Positions 54,823 through 64,000 of a stretch of DNA of 64,000 bases are shown here, piece after piece. Below the pieces are notes generated by a model that did not search any database, was not told where the DNA came from, and saw nothing but the letters and a program-made list of their open reading frames with translations. Numbering within the stretch: the first letter of the stretch is position 1; every line of letters starts with the position of its first letter. Source of the stretch: Naegleria gruberi (taxonomy: Eukaryota); the NCBI GenBank assembly GCA_000004985.1, contig GG738846.1; one strand, written 5' to 3'. The translations under genes and the position numbers were made by a program.

Positions 54823-57561
54823 ATGGGAATCAATAAGGTTACACCAATAGAGAATTTTCCAACTCCCTCCTATAACAACCACACGTTGGATCCCAACGCT
54901 TGCGAATTGCAGGAAATATCATCAAATGGATCTTTTAATTATTTACAATCATCAATAGGGAAATTGAGTGCTAGAAGTTTTGATGTGAGGGCCGTTACCA
55001 AAACTTCCTTCTCCAACACTATTCATGTCTCAAGCAAACGGATGGGGAGACCAGATACACCTCCCCCGAACGACCTCAAAAGTATAATTCCCTGGTTCAG
55101 ATATAATTGCTTAACACTGGCTAACTTGGTGATTGTGTTTGTGCTCATATTTATATTATTGTTCTGTATTGCTTTTGCCTTGACCATTGTGCTCTTCACA
55201 GGTCATATTTCATCAGAATTGAGTTCGGTAACAATTGGTGTCATAAAATCCAAGGTGGATCTCTTTCTGAAGGAACGATTAGGTGTCGTAGAGACTGTTG
55301 CCTTTACTGCTCAACAAGATGTACGAATGCTTATCAATCAGTTTGCTTATTCCCCATCACCATTCTCCTCTTCTGCTCTCTCTTCCCATATCAGAGAATA
55401 CCTCTCCTCACGCTTAATTTACCACAACATTACCTCGATAGGGTTATATTTTGAAAATTGCTTGGGCAATGCAAACACTTCTTCCATGTACAAATGCCAA
55501 CTTGATCAATCAACAGATTTTGTAAATAGCTATATTTGGATGAATCAAACAATGAATTCAGATTTGAACACTTACCAAACAAGTGAACATCGAAATACAT
55601 CCATCACCATTGATACCTCCCAACCTCTTCAAACCATAGTCTCGAGTTCCACTAAAATTCCATTAAACTTTGAAGATTCAACTCTCCTCCACTCTGATTC
55701 CGCCTACCGTACCTTTTCCAATGCATTCTATTTAGATATGAAAGACAAACTTGTCAACCTGCCAGCCTATCAAGCTCTACAAGGTGTATGGTCACCATCC
55801 TCTAAAATAGATCCATCCAAATTTAATCTAGTCTTTACTGTGCCTATTTTTGATGCCAATAATTTGCAACTCTATGGAATAACCCAGGTGGAATATCCCT
55901 TACAAGCTTTGGCTCATTTAATGAGGACATTTACTTATCAATCAAAGGGTTACATTGTTCTTTCAGATTTGAACACTGAAAAAGTGGTTATTAGTTCTCT
56001 TCCAGATTCTTACACTCTTAAATCGATCTATGATATTAAGGAACTGAACATTGGTAAACTAATGACGTATCTCAAACAGAATTCCTTCCTCGATTTCAAT
56101 TCTGAAATCTCAGTCAGCGGAGTTGAATTTGAGGGGCTGGTCTACAATATGCTCAATACAAAATTCTCCTACAATAACGTTAACTTAGGGATGACCATTG
56201 TATTGGTCGATGATTCGGTTCAAGAATTCCACAATGATACCCTGTACTTGGCTATTTGTATTTCAGTTGGTTATGTAGTAATTGGACTTGTAATGGCTAT
56301 TATTTTAGGGTTCTTAATTTCGAAACCTCTCAAAGCATTGAGTGTTGAGTTTGGTCACATTAAGCACATGGACCTTGAGAAGGTTAGACAACACTTTTCA
56401 ATGTTTGGTGAATTCCAAGTTCTCTTCCAAAAGTTGGATGAAATGGTTGTTTGGTTGAATGATGTTCGTTCTTTCATTCCTAACAGTATCTTGATGGAAA
56501 TTAGAGGTGATTCAATTGACAATGATGTTACAGAGACTGAAATTGTTACGACAAACATCAATGTAAAAGACAAATTAGCAGAGACCAAAGGAAGAGCAAG
56601 TAGTGAAATTCCAGAAAACTCAATCGCTAACATTGCAAAGGGGTTCAAGACCTATCAAGAATACTCAGTTTTGTATATGCGTATCATGGACTTGGAATCA
56701 TTAACAGTTACCGAGAGAGCATTCTACTTTGAAAAGGTTCTTGAAATTTCATCAAAGATTGCAAAGAAAAACAATGGTGATATCCAATTATTGGATATTA
56801 GCAGAATACGTATTTACTATTGTGATCCAAATAATGAAAATGCCTCCAAAAAGGTGATTACAATGGCTTTGAAAATTTTGAGTGTTGTTGCTGATTTTAG
56901 CTCAACAATGGAGCAACAAGGAAAGTTGCCGTGCAACTTGATAATTTCAATCTCTACGCAGAAGGCTCTCGTTGGTAATATTGGTACTAGGGAGCATAGA
57001 ATCCACACCATTGTTAGTAGATCCATTTCATTGTGTGAACAAATGATGCTCATCGCCAAATCATTGAATATTTCACTTATTGTAGATTCTAACTCTTGTG
57101 CTGCAAACTTGGGAAACTATGTTTATAGGCCAGTTGACAGAATTTCAGTGGAAGACGATTTGATGGTTATTTATGAAATCTTTAGAGAAAATCAAGTAAA
57201 TGACCAAGAATGGATGTACGAACTGGATCAAAAGGAAAAGAATAGTAGCTACAATGAATATCAAAGTGCATTCCAAACCTTATTGAAGGGAGGACCCAAA
57301 ATTGAAGAGTACCGTGAAGCCATCTTGAAAGTTAGACGATTCAAAGGATCTAATGGTTTTGATCGAGATCTTACTGCTGACCATCTAATCTTTATGCTGG
57401 AAAGAGTTTCTGAAAGTTGTGAGAGAGGCCTTTCTGAAAAGTTGAGCCCACAATTCACTTCATCCTATCAATATTGTTCCAGAATATATACAGAATGGGA
57501 AAATAAGTTTGGTATGGATGTGCTGAAAATTAGACCAGTTGAAATTGTCAATAATAAATAA
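54823..57561 (+). CDS. Receptor-type class III nucleotidyl cyclase-like protein (ACG-like topology: TM - extracellular domain - TM - cyclase homology domain)
   Basis: ATG at 54823. TM1 at about aa 95-130 and TM2 at about aa 480-505 flank a roughly 350-aa Asn-glycosylation-rich domain. The cyclase-homology domain runs from about aa 610 (YSVLYMRIMDLESLT ... NNGDIQLL ... VGNIGTREHRIHTIVSRS). Two metal-binding Asp and the Arg appear conserved, but the transition-state Asn appears replaced. Confidence 0.55.
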   Translation: MGINKVTPIENFPTPSYNNHTLDPNACELQEISSNGSFNYLQSSIGKLSARSFDVRAVTKTSFSNTIHVSSKRMGRPDTPPPNDLKSIIPWFRYNCLTLANLVIVFVLIFILLFCIAFALTIVLFTGHISSELSSVTIGVIKSKVDLFLKERLGVVETVAFTAQQDVRMLINQFAYSPSPFSSSALSSHIREYLSSRLIYHNITSIGLYFENCLGNANTSSMYKCQLDQSTDFVNSYIWMNQTMNSDLNTYQTSEHRNTSITIDTSQPLQTIVSSSTKIPLNFEDSTLLHSDSAYRTFSNAFYLDMKDKLVNLPAYQALQGVWSPSSKIDPSKFNLVFTVPIFDANNLQLYGITQVEYPLQALAHLMRTFTYQSKGYIVLSDLNTEKVVISSLPDSYTLKSIYDIKELNIGKLMTYLKQNSFLDFNSEISVSGVEFEGLVYNMLNTKFSYNNVNLGMTIVLVDDSVQEFHNDTLYLAICISVGYVVIGLVMAIILGFLISKPLKALSVEFGHIKHMDLEKVRQHFSMFGEFQVLFQKLDEMVVWLNDVRSFIPNSILMEIRGDSIDNDVTETEIVTTNINVKDKLAETKGRASSEIPENSIANIAKGFKTYQEYSVLYMRIMDLESLTVTERAFYFEKVLEISSKIAKKNNGDIQLLDISRIRIYYCDPNNENASKKVITMALKILSVVADFSSTMEQQGKLPCNLIISISTQKALVGNIGTREHRIHTIVSRSISLCEQMMLIAKSLNISLIVDSNSCAANLGNYVYRPVDRISVEDDLMVIYEIFRENQVNDQEWMYELDQKEKNSSYNEYQSAFQTLLKGGPKIEEYREAILKVRRFKGSNGFDRDLTADHLIFMLERVSESCERGLSEKLSPQFTSSYQYCSRIYTEWENKFGMDVLKIRPVEIVNNK

Positions 57562-57605
57562 TCTACTTCAAGTTTAGATTAATTTTGTTAATACTTTGAC
57601 TTATT

Positions 57606-60600
57606 TTATTGGAAAGCAACTTCAACCTTATCCTCATTTACAATTCTCTTTCTTTGATAAAAGAGCATGTAAGCATTTGAAGTTTTCAATTCCTTCTCTG
57701 TAAGTGGCGAAACAGACGAATCGTTGAAACAATACCATCTACTATCTTCACAATTTTTAGCATATGAATAATAGTGACCACCATAGAGACCTCCTGTATG
57801 ACAACTGATAGCAAATAAATCATAGAGCATGTGGTCTTCTGGCTTTCTAACCATATAATCACTCAAGTCAAGATTATAGATTGGATAATCAACAAGTGCA
57901 TTCACTTTCTCCCTACCAAATCTATTAAAACCAAATCTCTTGAGATGGATAATTAAAATTTCAGGGCTAGACCAAACACAACACTGTTTGAATGCACAAA
58001 CATGTTTCTTACAATCAGGGCAATACCATTGGTCTCTTTCTCCGAGTTGTTCCATTTCACTATTCAATTTCAAACAATCGTCCAGACTAATGTTTTGAGA
58101 TCGAGGGGCCTCGTTAGTAATATTTTGTTCTGCAACATGAACGGTTACTGTTTCTTTAGTTTTCAACATTTTAACATCAAACCAATCAACAGAGAAATAA
58201 TAATTATCCTCCTGTTGTAAGTATTCCTTAACCATATCATCTCTATCATCATAAAGAATTGGAATGCCACATGTATCATTTACAACCTCAACAGACTTGT
58301 CAATAACTGTAAATTTAAATGGAATATTGGCTGGATCAAAGGCAGGGAAAAGTGTCTGACGTAAAATTTCAATTCTTTCAGCAAGAGGATATTCTTGTCC
58401 ATCCTCTTTGGTCGGTTGTAAATTAGTTTCAGGGTCTTCTGGTGATTTCTTGGCTACTCTTTGTAAATGAGACCAAAGAATATCATAAAAGTCCTTTGTG
58501 GAAATTTCCTTCTTTACGAATAATACAAATGGAATACCCACACTCTTGAATTTTCCCTCTTCGGAAGGGTATCTCTGTCTTATTGGAATAATTAAATACT
58601 TCTCAGGAGAGTAATCATCTGGAACATCAGCACATAATACTTTTGGAGTTGATTTGGCGTTAGGATCAATAATCTTAACACTATCATTAAAAGAGAATTG
58701 TCTTCCAATAGAAAATCCAGCCATGGCAAAGAATTGGAGTTTTTGTGGGTCTCTTCCACTAACTTTAGCAAATTGAGTGGCAAGTACTTGAACAGTTGAT
58801 TGCTTTGGTAACTCGACAGTATATTTAGTTGCTCTTCCTCCATTTTCTGTATTCAATAAAATTACATCCAATCGGTGAGGCATTGATTTACCAACAGGAA
58901 CTGAAAGATACTATATAAGTGTAAATAATTATTCAATTTAAAAAAATCCTTACCATAAATGGGTCAAACTTGACTGAAATCTTGTTACAAACTTTGAATA
59001 CATATTAGCAATAAAATACAAATAACAAACTTACCATTACAAATAAGAGTAGACTTGAGTTGTCCTTGAAATAAATCTACAATTACACTATCATTTCTCT
59101 TCAAATGTTGTTCCCAAGATTCTTTTGCAATCACTTCATCAGGTCGTCCGTCATAATCCTTTGCTTCAATATATGGTTTGTTGATTACCTTGTTTAAATC
59201 TTCATGTAAACCATCCAATAAATATGATGTCAATTCTTGAGAGTCGTGTTGATTATAGCCAGAGAATTGAGGGGCAAATTGACTGATGGCATACTTAAAG
59301 TTGGTTGGAGTAAAGTTGGCACCACCACTCCACATTTCTTTAATGAGAGAGGCAAAGTTATTAGCAAGTTTACCCTTAGTTCCCAATGGATTGCTTGTAT
59401 TGATATGCTTTGCATAGAGTCCACTTATAAAGTAATTTTTAAGAGGTACAGTGTTAGAGAGACATTGAATAGCACTGTTCATAAAGCACGTATTACCCAA
59501 ATTTCTCAATCCACACAAACCTCTCTTTTTACTCTTACCTGAGGCAGGAGTTGCAATACCAAATGTACTAAATGAATAATCCTTGATACTATCCCAAATT
59601 TCACTTAATTTACTTCTCTTTTCTTCGTCATCTTCATCTTCCTCTTCATCACTAGCATCGTTTGATTCTTGCTTTTTTTTGAAAATTTCAAGTGGAAATT
59701 CTCCACCATTTTGTTTAAACTCAAAAACGATACTTTGTCCATCAAAAATTAGAGCTTTTTCAAGAGTTTGACTCTCACTGTCAGCAATGGCACTGGCGCT
59801 TGAATCTTCCTTTCGCCACATTCTGCAGTTTTTCAAAGTTGATGTTTTCTGAATTATTGTACTTTCAAAAAGAACACAACCAAGCATTTTCAAATCCTTG
59901 GTAGCCAATTTTTTGCTTACTTGAATTGTTGTCTTGGTATCTTTCATGATTGTTCCCTTTTCATTGACCATATAAATATTGAGAATATATGGATGAATTT
60001 CTACACGTCTCATTTGATTATTTTCCAAGCCATCCACAATAACTCTTCTGACGATTTTTTGACTATTATTAATTTCTCCATACCAATGGGCTAATAAATC
60101 ATAACTCTGTATAATTATTAGTAGTAATTATTATTATAATTAGTTTGACAATAGTATTATAATAAAACTAACCTCCTCGGAAACAAACTCAAAATCTTGT
60201 CTTGTAATATCTCTTTTAAGAACTGTTGTGAATAGAACAGAACCATCTCTTGTAAAATTGGTAAATTCTGGTACTAATGGATGTTTTAAACTAAAACCAT
60301 TATAAATGAGAACTTCTTGAATAATGTCACTATTGTCAATTGGACCAGGAGCAGGAGATTTTTTATGTGATGTTTCCTTGTGTTTCTTCTTTCCAACATT
60401 TTCATTTGGATAATTTACATATTCTTTCCAAATCTTGAACCATGATGAAGAAATAATTACAAATGTGCTTCCTGCTTTAAAAGGTGACTTGTTTTCAATT
60501 GATTCTATTTTTTCCCTTTGTTTTTTAGCATCGGGTTTTGTGTAACTCGTCTTTTTACTCTTACTCTTGGCAGTAATGATCAGAGAAATGCTTCCTTTTT

Positions 60601-60978
60601 GTTTGGCTGGAGCATTTGCTGTTGTTGTTGGGAGATCTTCATAATCTTCCGAGTCATCCTCTCCATTGGTACTGCCATTTGTCTCGCTCAATGCTGATGA
60701 TGGAGGTGTAGTTCCATCCTTTTCATCTCCACCATTACTCGTTGATTCATCGGTTTCTGGTGAATGAGTATTTGTTGTAGTGGTGGTGGTTGTCGTATTA
60801 TCCATGCTATTATTATTTGCTTCTTCTTGTTGTGTTTTTGTATCTGAAGAAGAATCGGAATGTTCACTATTATTGTTGTGGTGGTTATTCTGGTGATGAT
60901 CATCGGTCATTGAATTTTGTTGTTCATCACCTCCTCTAACCTGCTTCTCACCATTAACTTGTTGTGTGGTTGAGTTCA
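57606..60978 (-). CDS. Ubiquitin-specific protease, USP4/11/15-type DUSP-UBL-USP architecture; 3 exons 60978(61015)..60173, 60106..59035, 58900..57606
   Basis: DUSP motifs ([28 protein letters not shown]). Cys box [21 protein letters not shown] and QHDSQEL. His box [14 protein letters not shown]. Introns 60107..60172 (GTTAGT...TACAG) and 58901..59034 (GTAAGT...TTTCAG) are phase-consistent and merge three supplied ORFs. First ATG at 60978 (track start at 61015 is TTG). Confidence 0.8.
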
Positions 60979-61352
60979 TTTTTTTGTAATCGAAAACATT
61001 GGGTGTTGTTGTCAAAATTTGAATGGATAAGAAGTTGTTGTACTATCTTTTGAGTTTAATTGAATGATGATAATGGAATTGTTCTTTTTGTGTTTTAGAT
61101 GCATCACTATATTATCATTATGTGGTAAAAGAAATAGAGATGAATCAATAATTAAATCTGTAATTTAAATTGATTTTTAAAGAGGAGGAACTTATTAAGT
61201 GTAAAAACAATTCATAATATTCGATTACTATTCATATCAAATAATTTAAAATAATATTTTAATCTTATTGAAAAATAATTAATTCATCAACTTCATTTTT
61301 ATTAATAAAAAATACATCAACAACAACCTAGGATATTTAATTAACTATCGAG

Positions 61353-61775
61353 ATGAACAAACCAGAAGCACACGAACTTTTCGATCTTGAAGGTGAAATC
61401 AAGCTTCGTGAAGAGAAGATTGAAAAGATGCCAAATGCTGCTAATTTTATTGTCAACAAGGAAGATCACACTCTTGGAAATATTATTAGAATGCGTTTAC
61501 ATGAGGATAAACGTGTTTTATTTGCCGGATACAGAAATCCTCACCCTCTGGAACATCACATTGAAATTAAAATACAAACAACCGATGATATTGAACCAAG
61601 AGATGCTCTCGTAGGAACAATAGATTCTCTGATTAGAGATTTTAATTATATGAAGAGGGAATTTAAACATGCTGCTAAGGAAATTAATAATAATTTTGTT
61701 GCCTATGATGATGAACATGACGATCATCACGGACATCACTATGATGAAGATGATGGTGTTGAGGATTTCCAATAA
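61353..61775 (+). CDS. rpb11: DNA-directed RNA polymerase II subunit RPB11 (RPB11/AC19 family)
   Basis: FIVNKEDHTLGNIIRMRL...VLFAGYRNPHPLEHHIEIKIQT matches the RPB11 core. Acidic His/Asp-rich C-terminal tail. ATG at 61353. Confidence 0.7.
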   Translation: MNKPEAHELFDLEGEIKLREEKIEKMPNAANFIVNKEDHTLGNIIRMRLHEDKRVLFAGYRNPHPLEHHIEIKIQTTDDIEPRDALVGTIDSLIRDFNYMKREFKHAAKEINNNFVAYDDEHDDHHGHHYDEDDGVEDFQ

Positions 61776-61983
61776 TTTATTTAATTTATTATTAATGATT
61801 TGGCGAAACACATTAATTTTGATCTTCTCTAAGTCTTGTAAAGTTGTATTTTTCACATTCTTCCATAAATCTTAATATCAATTATAGAAATTACAATTTA
61901 ATTTTCTTTTTTTTAATATCTATTGGAATAATGTCATCTTTATAAATACATTTTTTTACTTAATTGTACAGCTTGTATTAAAT

Positions 61984-63346
61984 TTACACGTTTTGGGCCT
62001 TCAAAATTGAATCAGTAACACTTGAAATAGATTGGAGAGTTGATCTAATAGTAGAGTCCCAAATTTGCAAGTTTTCAGCTCCACTTTCAAAGTAAATAAT
62101 ATTATCAATTTGATCAATTGAACCAGGCATACGTTCTTCAGAAATCATCTTGGAAGCAATCTTTTCAGCTTCAGCAGCAGAAATTCTAAGCAATGTACCC
62201 AATTCATCAAATGTAATATTGTTATAAATCTTACTGGCAGCCAACAAGTTGTGTTCAATAATTGAGCTTTCGAGAGTTGTCTTTCCTTGAGCATCAGTAG
62301 CCTTGTGGTGTTCCTTCAAGTGTTTTTCAATAGCCTTAACTTCGTGTGGACGAAGGATTCTACCCAAGAACATCTTTTCCAAAGCAGAGAACAATTCTAA
62401 ATGAGTACAACGTTCATCCTTGAAAAGAGTGGCCAAGACACGAGAACGATCTGGACCAGCTTTGGCTAAAATAGCACAAACAGCAGCATTATTCAAAACA
62501 GACAATTGTTCAGCTTCAATAACCAAGTGAGATGTCTTGTAATAACGACGAGCAGCTGTCAAAAAGTCTCTCTTCAAATCGGAGAGAGTAGCAAAACAAA
62601 AACTGTGCATAACTTGCAAGTTTTTGTCACTAACTTCATCTACATAGTGGCTAACCTTGTTAACATAAGTTTCGGCATAGGCACTTTCACCTGCACCCAA
62701 ATAAAGTTGAGCAACTTCCAAACACAATGCAACACCAGCATTGGAATCATTTTGTAAAACAGCATCAAATTCAATTGGTGTAAGTTGTTGGGCTGCCTTG
62801 ACAAAATCTTGATCAATTTCTCTAATATCTCTAGAGAGTTGCTTTCTAATTGTGATATTGGCATCAAAAAATGTAGAATTAGCCAAAGGTCTGATGAGGT
62901 CAATGGTTTCCTCGGCAATCTTCATTCTCAATTTAGCATCTTCAATTGTGGAAATTTCATTAGCATAAGTTTCCATAGCTTGTCTGCTGACAATTGTAGG
63001 AATACTACTATCAGAGACTATTTTGATGATGATCAAAAGGATCCGTGTTGTTATTGTTATATTTAATTATGAACAATTATGCCGATATCAATAATAATTA
63101 TAATATATTCGTGATGATGATCGCAATTATTTGTTGTCAAGTGATCAAATTTTAATATTAAATACACAAGATCAAAAATATTCAAACACTCTAATTACTC
63201 TATATCGCTAATTACTTACGATGTTTAACCAATTCAATCAAACCAGCTTTATCACCCTTGCCAATCTTGTCTTTGATAAAGTTTTGATATTCGGTCACAC
63301 GCTTCTCAGTTTCTTGAATGGATGCGATAGCAGAGAGTGAACTCAT
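61984..63346 (-). CDS. csn4: COP9 signalosome subunit 4 (CSN4, PCI domain); 2 exons 63346..63220 and 63017..61984
   Basis: [34 protein letters not shown] and [12 protein letters not shown] match CSN4. A cryptic 127-nt first exon ([42 protein letters not shown]) is joined via GTAAGT...AAATAG (intron 63018..63219, 202 nt) in correct phase. Confidence 0.8.
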
Positions 63347-63673
63347 TTTTGTGTTTCTTTGCAAGTTGAAAAATTCAAAAATAGAACACCAAGCCGAACA
63401 TCTGAAGAAAAACCAATGGCGTTGACTTTACCAATGATGTGTGGTGAACATGCAACTTGAAATAGTTTTGTAAAGCAATCCTCTTTTCATGGGAATAATG
63501 AAAATACTCTATTGTAGTCGTATTCTCAACCTATCATCATGTAGCAGCATTATTTAACATATGCCATTAATAATTGCAACACGTGTTTTATAGACAACTA
63601 TTAATTTTGAAATTTAATAATAATCATCATCACAAAAATACAACAACAAGGAAGAGAAGGAACTCATCACACA

Positions 63674-64000
63674 ATGAAAATATTTGTCACTGTCGGAACA
63701 ACACAATTCGAGGATTTAATTCAATTAATTTGTAAGCCATCTGTGTTGCAGGTATTTTACAATCAAGGCTACACTCACATTACAATTCAGATCGGTACTG
63801 GCTCTTTCGAACCACCATCACAATGTCCAATCAAGGGAATGACTTGGGAGTGTTATAGGAAAAAACCATCAATTAAGGAGGATATTATTTCTGCTGATTT
63901 AATGATTACACATGCAGGTGCAGGAAGTATTTTCGAAACACTTAAACTTGGAAAAAAGTTAATTGCTGTTCCGAATGAGAGTTTAATGGGTAATCATCAA
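63674..64000 (+). CDS. alg13: UDP-GlcNAc transferase subunit ALG13 (glycosyltransferase family 28 C-terminal domain), 5' part; runs off the window end
   Basis: MKIFVTVGTTQFEDL...IQIGTGS...DLMITHAGAGSIFETLKLGKKLIAVPNESLMGNHQ follows the ALG13 pattern. ATG at 63674. Not in the ORF track because it is truncated by the window end. Confidence 0.6.
   Translation, partial: MKIFVTVGTTQFEDLIQLICKPSVLQVFYNQGYTHITIQIGTGSFEPPSQCPIKGMTWECYRKKPSIKEDIISADLMITHAGAGSIFETLKLGKKLIAVPNESLMGNHQ

Noticed and set aside
58941-58960. Possible 20-nt micro-exon (TCAAGTTTGACCCATTTATG, flanked by TTTCAG and GTAAGG) inside the USP intron, which would encode the conserved VKFDPF segment
   Set aside because: Including it breaks the reading-frame phase between the flanking exons. 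The single 134-nt intron gives a phase-consistent product, so the micro-exon is not called (noted as a refutation test).
1-64000. Prokaryotic-style features (operons, CRISPR arrays, defense islands, RBS-driven starts)
   Set aside because: The sequence is clearly eukaryotic: spliceosomal introns with phase-consistent GT...AG junctions, eukaryote-only gene families (PI3K, USP, CSN4, COG3, RPB11), monocistronic genes on alternating strands, and no direct-repeat/spacer arrays anywhere.

Overview
The window is AT-rich (roughly 35% GC) eukaryotic nuclear DNA, not prokaryotic. The evidence is standard genetic code with TAA/TAG stops, spliceosomal introns with GTAAGT-type donors and AG acceptors (lengths 43-202 nt, with a recurring minimal size of 43 nt), Asn/Gln/Ser/Thr homopolymer tracts inside proteins, and a gene density of about one gene per 1.8 kb on both strands. 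The gene content includes a class I PI3-kinase, an oxidosqualene cyclase, a microbial-type terpene synthase, a receptor-type class III nucleotidyl cyclase, COP9 signalosome CSN4, COG3 and TAP42. Together with yeast-like codon preferences (TTG, AGA, CAA, GGT, CCA, GCT), this points to an amoebozoan, most plausibly a dictyostelid social amoeba; that lineage assignment is inference only. I call about 35 protein-coding genes. Many of the supplied ORFs are exons of multi-exon genes that I joined by reading splice sites: the EAAT-like transporter has 5 exons, PI3K 3, the USP protease 3, MAPR 3, and KDSR, GNAT, CSN4 and a small membrane protein 2 each. ORF-track start codons are frequently non-ATG (TTG/GTG reported as M), and I moved them to the first in-frame ATG where possible. 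I found no rRNA, tRNA, CRISPR or recognisable transposon. The most interesting items are listed below.
- An ACG-like receptor cyclase with a partly degenerate catalytic site, sitting next to a 1.4 kb relatively GC-rich noncoding stretch.
- A terpene synthase.
- A head-to-head MAPR/KDSR lipid-gene pair separated by 68 bp.
- Two secreted lipase-2-like paralogs with a large unassigned N-terminal domain.
- Several convergent gene pairs whose stop codons overlap or lie within 12 bp of each other.
- Two genes with strikingly high-expression-type codon bias.
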